Virus record (IMG/VR): IMGVR_UViG_3300046739_000187
Span: 1 to 43,724 of that record
Source: a virus
Lineage: Duplodnaviria > Caudoviricetes
Direction: 5' to 3' (one strand)
DNA length: 43,724 bases
Shown here: one piece after another, positions 17,436 through 26,803 of the stretch
How positions within the stretch are numbered: position 1 is the first letter of the stretch
Layout: each line of letters opens with the position of its first letter
Program-made: the position numbers and the translations under genes
Notes under the pieces: model-generated
Database searches by the model: none
Told to the model about the DNA's origin: nothing
The model's input: the letters and a program-made list of their open reading frames with translations, nothing else

Positions 17436-17972
17436 GTGAGACCCGCCGTGCTCGGCCTCGACCTGAGCCTCACCTGCACCGGCCTCGCCGGCCCCGACTG
17501 GACCGCCACCCTCAAGCCACCCACCAAGCTGCGCGGCACCGAACGCCTCGGCTGGATCCGTGCCCGACTGCTCGACGAATACCTCAACGGCGCCGACCTC
17601 GTCGTCCTCGAAGGACCGGCCTACGGTTCCGCCGCCGGCCAACGCCAGGCAGGCCACCACGAACGTGCCGGGCTGTGGTGGGTCATCCGCTGCGCCCTCG
17701 ACACCCGAGGCCACCACACTGCGGTCGTCCCGCCCAACCTGCGCGCCAAGTACGCCACCGGCCGAGGCAATGCCGCCAAGGCCGACGTCATCCGCGAGGT
17801 CACCAAACGGTTCCCCTGGTTCGAGGGCGGTGAAGACGAGGCCGACGCCCTCGTTCTTGCCAGCCTCGGCGCCCGCTGGCTCGGTCAACCCATCGACGAC
17901 CCCATGCCCAAGGCCAACCTCACCGCCATGGCCGGCATCGAATGGCCCAACCTCGACCGGAGCCCGGTATGA
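17436..17972 (+). CDS. RuvC-like Holliday junction resolvase
   Basis: VLGLDLSLTCTG, VVLEG, KYATGRGNAAK, DEADAL. Confidence 0.88.
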   Translation: MRPAVLGLDLSLTCTGLAGPDWTATLKPPTKLRGTERLGWIRARLLDEYLNGADLVVLEGPAYGSAAGQRQAGHHERAGLWWVIRCALDTRGHHTAVVPPNLRAKYATGRGNAAKADVIREVTKRFPWFEGGEDEADALVLASLGARWLGQPIDDPMPKANLTAMAGIEWPNLDRSPV

Positions 17973-18136
17973 CCAGCGCACTCATTCTCGATGAGGCCGG
18001 GAGGGCGGTTGAGCCATCCGACGCAACCGGCCCGGAAACGGCCCCAGGATCCACGCTGCCGGGCGTCAAGGCGTCCAACGTGTCAGGGTCCGAGGGTCAG
18101 CGAGGCTCTGAGGACGGCTCAGGGGGCGCGGCGTGA
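17969..18136 (+). CDS. Small hypothetical protein
   Basis: ATGA overlap; ends DGSGGAA like 18480..19160. Confidence 0.45.
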   Translation: MTSALILDEAGRAVEPSDATGPETAPGSTLPGVKASNVSGSEGQRGSEDGSGGAA

Positions 18137-18483
18137 GCGGATGCGTGTTCTGCGCCATCGTCCGAGGCGAGGAACCGGCCACGATCGTGCGCCGCTGGGC
18201 GGATGCAATGGCCATCGTGCCGCTCAACCCGGTGGTTGATGGGCACCTGCTGGTGATCCCGGTAAACCACATCCGGGACGCGTCGGAGTCGCCCTACTTC
18301 GCAGGCCAGGCGATGGCGCGGGCGGCTGAAATCGCCCGTCCGCCGTTCAACATCATCACTAGCGCGGGCCAGGAAGCCACGCAATCGGTCTTCCACCTGC
18401 ACCTGCACATCGTGCCCAGGGCTGTGGACGACGGCTTGGCCCTGCCCTGGTACAGCGGCAAGCGGAAGCGGAGCCACGCATGA
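18133..18483 (+). CDS. HIT-family nucleotide hydrolase
   Basis: CVFC N-terminus, GHLLVIP, QSVFHLHLHIVPR histidine triad. Confidence 0.92.
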   Translation: MSGCVFCAIVRGEEPATIVRRWADAMAIVPLNPVVDGHLLVIPVNHIRDASESPYFAGQAMARAAEIARPPFNIITSAGQEATQSVFHLHLHIVPRAVDDGLALPWYSGKRKRSHA

Positions 18484-19160
18484 CCAGCGAACCCACCCAG
18501 CCGGCCAGCCCCGGCAGCCTGCGACGCGACCGGAAGCCGGAGCAGGGGGCAGGCCAGGACCTGTACCAGGCCGCCGAGGTCTCGTTCGTGGACGCCGCGA
18601 TGACTGGCGACCGACGTTGGCTTGCGGTGGAGGCGGCACGTCCGCTGATCCGCGCCGTCGTGGACCGGGTCGCCGAGCTGGTACGCGCCGAACAGACTGC
18701 CGAGATCGAACGGCTCACCGCCAAGCTTCACCAGGTCGCCGCTGGCCGGTACACGTGGCGGAACAAGGCCCTGGAGCAGGAGCTGCACGCCGACCAGCTC
18801 ACCGTGCAGCTCGGCGAGGCCGACGCGACCGCCGACGCCTACCACGCCGACCGGGACAGGCAACGTGCACGAGCCGAACGCGCCGAAGCCGACCTCGCCG
18901 CGATGACCGCCCGCGCCGAATCCGCCGAAGCACGCTACGACCGGGCACGACCGATCGTGCAGGCCGCGCTCGCCTTTGCTGGACGGCCCCTCGGCATGGA
19001 CGACTTCGACGACGCCTACGACGAACTGCGGGCGGCCGTTCGGGAGTTCGACGAGGAAGGGGCGGAAATCGGTCTCAGCTCAACGGAGACGGGCGTACAG
19101 GCCACGGTGGAGGGTCAGGACGCCAACGGCCCACAGGACGGCTCAGGGGGCGCGGCGTGA
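18480..19160 (+). CDS. Hypothetical coiled-coil protein
   Basis: RAERAEA/RAESAEA repeats; ATGA overlap. Confidence 0.7.
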   Translation: MTSEPTQPASPGSLRRDRKPEQGAGQDLYQAAEVSFVDAAMTGDRRWLAVEAARPLIRAVVDRVAELVRAEQTAEIERLTAKLHQVAAGRYTWRNKALEQELHADQLTVQLGEADATADAYHADRDRQRARAERAEADLAAMTARAESAEARYDRARPIVQAALAFAGRPLGMDDFDDAYDELRAAVREFDEEGAEIGLSSTETGVQATVEGQDANGPQDGSGGAA

Positions 19161-19303
19161 GCGAGCTCGGTTGGTGGGTCATCCCCGGCGAGGCGCTGCT
19201 CGACCTCCTCCGCCGCGCCCACGCCGGCGAAGACCCCGACGCGCTGTACGTCGAGGAGTACGCCAACGCCTCCCACGAGCGGCCCGGAGAGGACCGTCCA
19301 TGA
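19157..19303 (+). CDS. Small hypothetical protein
   Basis: GTGA overlaps at both ends; 48 aa. Confidence 0.55.
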   Translation: MSELGWWVIPGEALLDLLRRAHAGEDPDALYVEEYANASHERPGEDRP

Positions 19304-19950
19304 TCTGCGTGGTCTGCGCCAACCCCGACCGCGACGTCGAGACCGGCCAGGTCTGCCCCGGCTGCGCACACCGCATCGCCTGCGACCTGCGCGACATCGC
19401 CGACCTGTACGTCCACGTCAGCCTGTGGCCCGGCTCCGGGAACGCCGGGCCGCGCGTCTCCGGCAGCCGGGAAGCACCCCTGCCGCTGCGGGTCGACGCG
19501 CTGGACCTCACCATGCCGGCACGCGGCGGCACCGTCCACGACATGCACGGCGACCAGACCGGCCACATCGCCGTCGCCTCGATCCTCGACCAGTGGGTCG
19601 AAGACTGGCGCGACCACCGGGGCAAGGGCGAGCGGCGACCGGAGCCGCCCTCGGTCATCGTGCTCACCGACTGGCTGGGCAAGCGGTTGGACGACGCCTG
19701 CCACGACCATCCCGCCATCGACGAGTTCGCCGCCGACATGCGCCGACTGCGCCGCACCCTGCGCATGGTCACCGGCGACGGCCCGGTACGCCCCGAACGG
19801 CTGACCGGGCCGTGTCCGGGCTGCGATCAGCTGACCTTGGTCAAGGACGACGGCGACATTCGGTGCCGGGCCTGCTGGGTTGCGCTGAGCCAGGACGAGT
19901 ACGACCAATGGGTCGGCGCGCTGGTGCGGAGTGCGAGGATGGCGGCGTGA
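19300..19950 (+). CDS. Zinc-ribbon phage protein
   Basis: CVVC..CPGC at the N-terminus, CPGC..CRAC at the C-terminus. Confidence 0.75.
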   Translation: MICVVCANPDRDVETGQVCPGCAHRIACDLRDIADLYVHVSLWPGSGNAGPRVSGSREAPLPLRVDALDLTMPARGGTVHDMHGDQTGHIAVASILDQWVEDWRDHRGKGERRPEPPSVIVLTDWLGKRLDDACHDHPAIDEFAADMRRLRRTLRMVTGDGPVRPERLTGPCPGCDQLTLVKDDGDIRCRACWVALSQDEYDQWVGALVRSARMAA

Positions 19951-20390
19951 ACGACCTGGTGGAGTGGTTGCAGGCTCGGTTCGACGAGGTTGAGCGGGTG
20001 GCGCGGGCCGCAACGGCCGGCCCCTGGCGATACAACCCCAAGAAGGCGTGGCATCTGCCAGCCGACCTACCCACGCGGCGCAACGGCGAGGAGTTCGTTG
20101 GAGCCGGACCGCTGGACGCCACCATCGGCGTCGCTGCCACCGGGCCAGCTGATCATCCGCAGTCGATGGCCGACGCGCAGTTCATCGCCCTGTGGGATCC
20201 GGCACGCGTGCTGGCCGAGGTGGACGCGAAGCGTCGGCTGCTGGCCGAGCATCCGTGCGGTGACGATGGCTTCTGTGGCGATGGGATCGGGCTGGTCGGC
20301 TGCAAATGGGCGTGGCCCTGCCCGACTGTTCGGCTCATCGCCCTGCCCGACGCCGATCAGCCCGGCTACCGCGACGAATGGCGCCCCTGA
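19947..20390 (+). CDS. DUF6221-like actinophage protein (copy 2)
   Basis: WDPARVLAEVDAKRRLL...PCPTVRLIALP..QPGYRDEW. Confidence 0.8.
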   Translation: MNDLVEWLQARFDEVERVARAATAGPWRYNPKKAWHLPADLPTRRNGEEFVGAGPLDATIGVAATGPADHPQSMADAQFIALWDPARVLAEVDAKRRLLAEHPCGDDGFCGDGIGLVGCKWAWPCPTVRLIALPDADQPGYRDEWRP

Positions 20391-20650
20391 TGGTGCGCAC
20401 GGGCCCCCCAGCGTTCGGCACTGGAGCATTCGAGGTCTACCCAACCAACGACTTCTTCGACCGATATGCGGTCTACACCCCGAACGGCTTCTTGCTCTGT
20501 TTCACGGTTACATTGCGAGGCGCCCAGCGTGCGATCACTCGGAACCAGGCCACCGTCGGCCGGGATGTTCCACCCCAACGCCGGGATGTCGGCCGCTCAG
20601 TCCACAGCGAGCCGCCGAGTGGCGGCCTGACCCCGCCGAACGGCCGGTGA
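20390..20650 (+). CDS. Hypothetical protein
   Basis: TGATG coupling; atypical codons. Confidence 0.4.
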   Translation: MVRTGPPAFGTGAFEVYPTNDFFDRYAVYTPNGFLLCFTVTLRGAQRAITRNQATVGRDVPPQRRDVGRSVHSEPPSGGLTPPNGR

Positions 20651-20681
20651 CCGGTTGGCGTCGACCGCGCACACTCGGGTG

Positions 20682-21128
20682 ATGTCCGACGACGACCACG
20701 CTCCCGGCGGTTGGGCCATCCGCGACCAGCCACTTGGCCCCCGCCCCTTCCCCGTCGACACCCCCACCAACCCGCGCACCCACCGCCCCAAACGCCGGAC
20801 CGGGCTGCTCATCGGCGCGGCCGCCGCCGTCCTGGTCATCGCCGCAGCCGGACTCACCGTCGCCCTCTGGCCCCACGCCCCAGCCAAACCCAGCCGCACC
20901 GAGCAGGCCACCCAAGTCTGCGAAGACCAGATCCGCAACCAGCTCAAAAGCCCAGCCACCGCACAGTTCACCAACGTCAGCGCCGCCGACCGCGGCTGGG
21001 ACGGCATCTATCTGACCGGCGACGTCGACGCGCAGAACTCGTTCGGGGCGATGCTCCGCACCCGCTGGACCTGCCACGCCCAACTGCTCAGCAACGGCAT
21101 GTGGAACGCCACCACCCACCTGGAATGA
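20682..21128 (+). CDS. Single-TM membrane protein with extracytoplasmic domain
   Basis: TM helix then CEDQIRNQLKSPATAQF...GDVDAQNSFGAMLR..W.C. Confidence 0.75.
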   Translation: MSDDDHAPGGWAIRDQPLGPRPFPVDTPTNPRTHRPKRRTGLLIGAAAAVLVIAAAGLTVALWPHAPAKPSRTEQATQVCEDQIRNQLKSPATAQFTNVSAADRGWDGIYLTGDVDAQNSFGAMLRTRWTCHAQLLSNGMWNATTHLE

Positions 21129-21249
21129 CACGCCGACCGCAACGTTGCACAAGATCGCCAGGCGGGTTTACAGTTCCACCAGTAGCGAAGCTATGCCCGC
21201 AGACGCCTCGGCCCCACGGTCGGGGCGTTCGGCGTATCCGGAGGTGGAC

Positions 21250-21450
21250 ATGGGCCTCGACACATACGTCCGACCAGCACAAGCCGCCCGTATCGCCGGC
21301 GTGTCCCGCCAACTCGTGCGTCGATGGACGCAACTCGGGCACCTGACCGCGCACAACGGGCGGCTCAAGGTCCGCGACGTGCTCGAAGTCGAGGCCAAGA
21401 CCCGCGCCGTCTCGGGACGCCCCGTGCGGAGTGAGCTGCTGGCGGCCTGA
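21250..21450 (+). CDS. Small HTH DNA-binding protein (possible late-gene regulator)
   Basis: GGAGG RBS; VRPAQAARIAGVSRQLVRRW. Confidence 0.75.
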   Translation: MGLDTYVRPAQAARIAGVSRQLVRRWTQLGHLTAHNGRLKVRDVLEVEAKTRAVSGRPVRSELLAA

Positions 21451-21767
21451 TGCCGAAGCGTCCGTGCCTGGATTGCGGGGCGCTCAGTGAAGGCGGCCGC
21501 TGTACGGGGTGCTCAAGGCGGCATGAGGCGACACGTCGACCCAACCGGCCCAGCGCACGGCAGCGGGGATATGACGGGCAGCATGACGCCACCCGCGCAA
21601 GGCTGCTGCCCCTGGCATACGGGAAGCCCTGCCCGCGCTGCGGTGAGCCGATGCTGCGAGGCCAAGAGCTGGACCTCGGCCACTCGGTGGCCAGGTCGGT
21701 TGACCCGACGGCGCGAGGCGACCGCATAGAGCACGCTCGCTGTAACCGTAGTGCTGGCGCACGCTAG
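21450..21767 (+). CDS. HNH endonuclease, terminase-associated type
   Basis: SARQRGY, CPRC, DLGH, EHARCNRSAG; directly upstream of the terminase genes. Confidence 0.82.
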   Translation: MPKRPCLDCGALSEGGRCTGCSRRHEATRRPNRPSARQRGYDGQHDATRARLLPLAYGKPCPRCGEPMLRGQELDLGHSVARSVDPTARGDRIEHARCNRSAGAR

Positions 21768-21825
21768 TCGATCATCACATTCAGCTAGCGTAACTCAGAG
21801 TGACGATGCCAATGTGACGTAGCGT

Positions 21826-21930
21826 GACCCACCCCGGGGGGGTGGGTCCGGCACGGGCGTTTTGGCAGGTCGGTGGACCCCTGGGCCCCAACCCCTCCCC
21901 CCGTGGTACCAAGGCGCCCGATTTTTGGTC
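21826..21930. other. Candidate cos/packaging region
   Basis: Inverted repeat GACCCACCCC-GGG-GGGGTGGGTC (21826-21848) and C-runs in the non-coding gap between HNH and terS. Confidence 0.45.
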
Positions 21931-22004
21931 ACGCTATGTTAGGCCCAGGATCGCCCGTCACTGAGCGTGAAGTGACTCTTGGTAGTCGGCTGAGGAGTGA
22001 AGCC

Positions 22005-22514
22005 ATGCCTCGGACGAAGAAGCCCGCCGGCATGGCTGTCGACAGCCGTAACGGCCGCCGCGCCGACCTGGCCGTCGTCGCCGGAGCACGGTTCGAGCCA
22101 CCCGACGGCCTGTGCGCTGAGGCCATGGATGCCTGGGGCGCCTACTGGGACGACCGCGTGGCCCAGGTTCAAACCCCCGTCGACCGGGCGGTACTACTGC
22201 GCTGGGTTACCGAGATGGACCGCTACCTGCGGCTCATGGCCGCTGCCGACCTTGAGCCGGTGGTGCGGGGGTCGCAGGGCCAGCCGGTGGAGAACCCGAT
22301 GTACGGGACCGCCTACAAGGCGCTGGCCGCCGTCCAGGCGTGCGAGAAGCAGATGGGCATGGGCGCCCTGAACCGCTCCGCTCTCGGCATCGCGGTAATC
22401 ACGGAGACGAAGTCGCTGCAAGACCTGAACAGTCGGTTCGGAGGTGGAACCGATGTCGGTCCACGCGCCGTCCCGCAACCGCCGAGGGCCGACCCGAGGG
22501 TCATCGACGGCTGA
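22005..22514 (+). CDS. terS: Terminase small subunit (P27-like)
   Basis: PPDGL..AW..YW, GSQGQPVENP, E..MGMG..NR; precedes TerL. Confidence 0.82.
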   Translation: MPRTKKPAGMAVDSRNGRRADLAVVAGARFEPPDGLCAEAMDAWGAYWDDRVAQVQTPVDRAVLLRWVTEMDRYLRLMAAADLEPVVRGSQGQPVENPMYGTAYKALAAVQACEKQMGMGALNRSALGIAVITETKSLQDLNSRFGGGTDVGPRAVPQPPRADPRVIDG

Positions 22515-24060
22515 GCTGGGCTGCCAGGCATGCGGTTGGACCCCGGTGGCCGGTGAGCTGTGGCCAACGCAGGGCGGCCTTGCCGTCGACTGGATCGAGA
22601 CCTACTGCATCTGCGGTGAGGGCGACTGGTACGGCCAGCCGTTGAAGTTGCGCGTCGACCAGCAGAGGTTCCTCTACCGCTGGTACGAGTACTGCCCCGA
22701 CTGTGACGAGTGGCGCTACGACGAGGGCATGCGCGGTGCAGCGACGGGCGACGGCAAGACGCAGTTCATCGCCGCGATCGCCGTCCTGGAGCTCGCGGGA
22801 CCGCCGCAGATCGCGGTCGAGTCCCCGAACATCCCGATCTCGGCGGCGTCGTTTGAGCAGGCTGATCTGCTGTTCACCGCCGCCGCCACCATGTGCGGAG
22901 GCCGGGACCAGTCGGTCAAGGAGGCGCCGCTGTGCGGCTACTTCGAGGTGTACGACACGGAGATCCTCTTTGCGGACGGTCGGCCGGGCCGGATCTTCCG
23001 GGTCGCGGCGGTCGCCGGCACGAACGAGGGCGGTCTGCCCTCGCTGTTCATCTGTGACGAGTTGCACGAGTGGGGCGAGCCGGGTTCGCGTAAGGCCCGC
23101 GTTCACACGGTCATCGGCAAGTCGACGAAGAAGCGTCGTACGCACCGCGGCTCCGGTCGCCGGCTGAACCTGTCAACGGCCGGCTTCGACGTGGACCATT
23201 CGCTACTCGGCGAGTACTACAAGCTGGGCAAACGTGTCGAGCGTGACCCTCGGGTGTCGCCCCGGTACCTGTTCGACTGGCATGAGGCGCCGCCCGGGCT
23301 TGCCTATGACAACCCAAAGGACCGGGAGATCGCGGTCCGGGCTGCCTCCGGGGCCGCTGACGTGCTGTGGTCGGTGCGGGACCGGGTCGACGCGTGGGGG
23401 CAGCCGTCGTACCCGCGGCACGAGTGGCTGCGCTACTTCGCCAACACCTGGGTGGACATCGCCGAAGAGTCCTGGCTGAAGGATCACCCCGGCGCGTGGG
23501 ACGCCTGCACGGGTACCTGGACGTCCGACGAGTCGAATCCGTTCGTCGTCGCCGTCGACATGGCGCTCAAGCGGGACTCGGTGGCGGTCAGCCGGATCGA
23601 GGGGCTGACCGATGGCCGGTTCGCGATCACCTCGCGGATCTGGCGGCCGGACGGCACACCGATCGACCACCTCGACGTCTTCAACCATGTCCGAGCCGAG
23701 GCCCACGGCGGCGGGTTCCGGGGCGTCGTCTACGACCCGCGGTTCTTCGAGCTGCCCGGCCGGATGCTCGAAGATGAGGGGATTCTGGCGATCCAGTTCG
23801 ACCAGTCTCCGCAGCGCATGGCGCCGGCCTGTGGGCTCGCCTATGACCTGATCCTGGAGCGGAAGGTCGTCCACGACGGTGACCCCGACCTGGGCGCGCA
23901 CGTCAAGTCCGCGGTGAAGCGGGAGCAGGACCGCGGCTTCACGCTGAGCAAGGGCAAGTCGAAGCGGCACATCGACGCCGCGATCACCTTGTGTATGGGC
24001 CTGTGGGTGCTGCACGAGGCGCCCGAGCCAGTCCAACCATTCTTTGCGTCCTGGCGTTAG
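22453..24060 (+). CDS. terL: Terminase large subunit
   Basis: Walker A-like GAATGDGKT, Walker B ICDELHEW, nuclease VAVDMA..RDS, YDPR, HIDAA. Confidence 0.93.
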   Translation: MSVHAPSRNRRGPTRGSSTAELGCQACGWTPVAGELWPTQGGLAVDWIETYCICGEGDWYGQPLKLRVDQQRFLYRWYEYCPDCDEWRYDEGMRGAATGDGKTQFIAAIAVLELAGPPQIAVESPNIPISAASFEQADLLFTAAATMCGGRDQSVKEAPLCGYFEVYDTEILFADGRPGRIFRVAAVAGTNEGGLPSLFICDELHEWGEPGSRKARVHTVIGKSTKKRRTHRGSGRRLNLSTAGFDVDHSLLGEYYKLGKRVERDPRVSPRYLFDWHEAPPGLAYDNPKDREIAVRAASGAADVLWSVRDRVDAWGQPSYPRHEWLRYFANTWVDIAEESWLKDHPGAWDACTGTWTSDESNPFVVAVDMALKRDSVAVSRIEGLTDGRFAITSRIWRPDGTPIDHLDVFNHVRAEAHGGGFRGVVYDPRFFELPGRMLEDEGILAIQFDQSPQRMAPACGLAYDLILERKVVHDGDPDLGAHVKSAVKREQDRGFTLSKGKSKRHIDAAITLCMGLWVLHEAPEPVQPFFASWR

Positions 24061-24069
24061 GAGCCCACT

Positions 24070-24294
24070 GTGGCTGTTCTCGACCGTGTGCCCCTGGACC
24101 GGATCACCACCGAGGGCCGCCAGATCCAGTTCCGGCGGATGCTGCTGACGCTGCTCGCCGGCGTGCTGTTCGCGGTGGGCTGGTCGGTGGCGAAGCTGGT
24201 CGGCGTGCTGTGGCTGTCCGTGGCGTGGTCGGCGGCCGCGGTGAAGGTCGGCTGGCAGGACGCCCGCAAGACGACCGGCGCCCGGCACCCGTGA
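24070..24294 (+). CDS. Small membrane protein between TerL and portal
   Basis: AGGAG RBS; hydrophobic 74 aa. Confidence 0.7.
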   Translation: MAVLDRVPLDRITTEGRQIQFRRMLLTLLAGVLFAVGWSVAKLVGVLWLSVAWSAAAVKVGWQDARKTTGARHP

Positions 24295-24334
24295 CGACTC
24301 CCTGACCTGCCCGCGCGCTCACATCTGAATCGGG

Positions 24335-26803
24335 GTGACCGTGGGCCTGCTCGACCGCATCGCCGCAGCCCAGGGCCGCGACGAGAAGCGTTTCAGCATC
24401 GACACGTGGCTGTCGGACTTTCTGCTGCCGGCCAACCAGTTCTCGTACAACGGCCAGTCGTACCCGTTCGGTCTGAACACCACCTACACCGCTGACCGCA
24501 CCAAGGAGATCTCCAACACGCTGCCCGGCTACATGGCGGCACTGCGGACCTGCCCGCCAGCGTTCGGAGCGCAACTGGTCCGCGCATCAGTGCTGTCGCA
24601 GGCCCGGTTCTGCTTCCGCAACGCCGACTGGTCCCCGAAGGCCGGCCGCACCTTCACCACCTCGGCGCTGAGCCCGCTACAGAAGCCGTGGACGAACGCG
24701 ACGACCGGGCAGCTCATCAATCTGATGGAGTGGCACGCCGGTCTTGCCGGGAACGCCTACGTCACCAACCGGACTCGCGGCAGGCTGCGGGTGCTGCGCC
24801 CGGACTGGACGGTCATCATCTACGGGTCGCAGCAGCAACCCGAGGACGCCGCCCACGCCCTGGACGGCGAGCTGATCGGGTACGGCTACTGCAACGGCGG
24901 TATCGCCCAGGGCCGCTATCCGGTGGAGATTCTGCTGCCGGATGAGGTGGCCCACTGGTCGCCGCTTCCCGATCCGGAGGCCGCTGGTATCGGCATGTCG
25001 TGGATCACCCCGGCTGTTCGGGAGATCCAGGGGGACCAGGCGGCGACGACCCACAAGTTGAAGTTTTTCGCCAACGGGGCTCCTCAACCATATGATGCTG
25101 GTGTGCTTACACCAGCCGGTTGGGTTGAGATGGGTTCCATCAAGGTCGGAGACCGGGTCTTTGGCTCCGACGGGAAGCCCAAGACGGTGCTCGGCGTATA
25201 CCCGCAGGGCATCCAGGACATCTACCGGGTCACGTTCTCCAGCGGCGGGTCAACCGAGTGCACCGCCGACCACCTGTGGACCGTGGCCAGCGCCTACGAC
25301 CGCAAGCGTGGCGTCACTCGCACGCTGCCCCTGTCCCGACTCGTTGCCGACGGCATCAGCTACGACAGCGGCCCCTTCAAGTGGTCGGTGCCGCTGGTCG
25401 AGCCGGTGGAGTTTGATGACCCGGGCGACCTCCCCATCGACCCTTACCTGCTCGGCTCCCTGTTGGGCGACGGAAGTTTCCGCAGCAACGGCAAGGGCAG
25501 CGGCGGAGTCTCGATGGCTGCGCACCGCGACGATGTGGACGAACAGCAGGCGATCCTCACGCCGCTCCTGCCCGAAGACGTGACAGTCGTGCGGCGGGAC
25601 CGCAGCGGCTGGTCGGAGTTCTACTTCAAGGGTCCGGGCGGACCCCGAACGAACCCGCTGACCGCCCGCGTCCGTCGGCTCGGTCTGTTCGACAAGCCCG
25701 GCTACGAGAAGGCGATCCCCGAGGTGTACCTGCGGGCATCCGTCAACCAGCGGGTTGCCCTGCTCCAAGGGCTGATCGACACCGACGGAAGCGTTCAGCG
25801 CAAGCAGCCGAACACGGTCCGGTTCGACAGCACCAGCGAGCGGCTGGCTGAGCAGGTAGGCGAGCTTGCCGGCGGCCTCGGCGCTGTCGTCTCGGTCCGG
25901 GCTCACCGGCTGGCGACTGGCAAGGCGCGCGCCCAGTGGCGGGTGTCGATCAGCCGGCTGCCCGAGTGGATCGTGCCGTGCCGGCTGGCCCGCAAGGCTG
26001 CCATGTATCGGCCTGACGTGCGGGGCGGCAGGTGGCGCTACATCCAGAGCGTTGAGCACGTCGGCCGCAAGCCGGCCCAGTGCATCGGCGTGGATTCAGA
26101 CGACCACCTGTACGTCACCGACGACTTCATTCTGACCCACAACACCCCGAACCTGGTGGTCAAGGGTCTGGCGGCGGCGAACAAGGAGCAGTTCGACGAG
26201 TTCGTCGACATGATGGAAACCCGCCACGCCGGCGTCAGCAACGCCTACCGGACCCTGTACCTGACCGCTGGCGCCGACGCAACGGTCGTCGGTGCTGACC
26301 TGCGGCAGATCGACTTCAAGGCCACCCAGGGTGCCGGCGAGACCCGCATCTCGATGCTGTCCCGCGTTCACCCGGTGATCCTCGGCGCATCGGAGGGCCT
26401 GCAAGGGTCCAGCCTGAACGCCGGGAACTTCGGGGCGGCCCGCCGCATGTGGGCCGACACGTGGATCTACCCGACCCTGGCGGACCTGGCCGCCGCGCTC
26501 GCGCCGATGGTGCGGGTACCGGCGGACGCCGAACTGTGGACCAACGTGCGGGACATGCCGATCCTGCGCGAAGACGCCCGCGACGCGGCGGAGATCGAGT
26601 CGACGAAGGCCAGCACGATCGTGTCGCTGTCAGCGGGCGGGTTCACCCGCGAGTCGGCGGTCGCCGCGGTCATGTCGCAGGACATGTCCCTGCTGGTGAA
26701 GGACCCGAACTGGGTGTCCGTGCAACTCCAGCAGTCCGGTGGGGCGAACCCCGTGCCGCCCGCAACCCCATCCAAGAACACCCCGCCGGCTGGAGGCCAG
26801 TGA
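24335..26803 (+). CDS. Portal protein (HK97-like) containing an intein
   Basis: LAGNAY, LRPDW, FFANGA|TPN portal motifs; 822 aa minus a 354-aa intein gives about 468 aa. Confidence 0.92.
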   Translation: MTVGLLDRIAAAQGRDEKRFSIDTWLSDFLLPANQFSYNGQSYPFGLNTTYTADRTKEISNTLPGYMAALRTCPPAFGAQLVRASVLSQARFCFRNADWSPKAGRTFTTSALSPLQKPWTNATTGQLINLMEWHAGLAGNAYVTNRTRGRLRVLRPDWTVIIYGSQQQPEDAAHALDGELIGYGYCNGGIAQGRYPVEILLPDEVAHWSPLPDPEAAGIGMSWITPAVREIQGDQAATTHKLKFFANGAPQPYDAGVLTPAGWVEMGSIKVGDRVFGSDGKPKTVLGVYPQGIQDIYRVTFSSGGSTECTADHLWTVASAYDRKRGVTRTLPLSRLVADGISYDSGPFKWSVPLVEPVEFDDPGDLPIDPYLLGSLLGDGSFRSNGKGSGGVSMAAHRDDVDEQQAILTPLLPEDVTVVRRDRSGWSEFYFKGPGGPRTNPLTARVRRLGLFDKPGYEKAIPEVYLRASVNQRVALLQGLIDTDGSVQRKQPNTVRFDSTSERLAEQVGELAGGLGAVVSVRAHRLATGKARAQWRVSISRLPEWIVPCRLARKAAMYRPDVRGGRWRYIQSVEHVGRKPAQCIGVDSDDHLYVTDDFILTHNTPNLVVKGLAAANKEQFDEFVDMMETRHAGVSNAYRTLYLTAGADATVVGADLRQIDFKATQGAGETRISMLSRVHPVILGASEGLQGSSLNAGNFGAARRMWADTWIYPTLADLAAALAPMVRVPADAELWTNVRDMPILREDARDAAEIESTKASTIVSLSAGGFTRESAVAAVMSQDMSLLVKDPNWVSVQLQQSGGANPVPPATPSKNTPPAGGQ
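25082..26143 (+). mobile_element. Intein with LAGLIDADG homing endonuclease and class-3 signature
   Basis: Starts PQPYDAGVLTPAGW; block B CTADHLW; LLGSLLGDG and LLQGLIDTDG; block F AQCIGV; ends LTHN followed by Thr. Confidence 0.92.

Larger units (their letters stand above)
18111..19163 (+). repeat. 29-bp exact direct repeat pair at gene junctions (18111-18139 and 19135-19163)
   Basis: AGGACGGCTCAGGGGGCGCGGCGTGAGCG at both sites. Confidence 0.85.

Noticed and set aside
24070-24294. Holin call for the small membrane protein
   Set aside because: It lies between TerL and portal with no adjacent endolysin; hydrophobicity alone is insufficient
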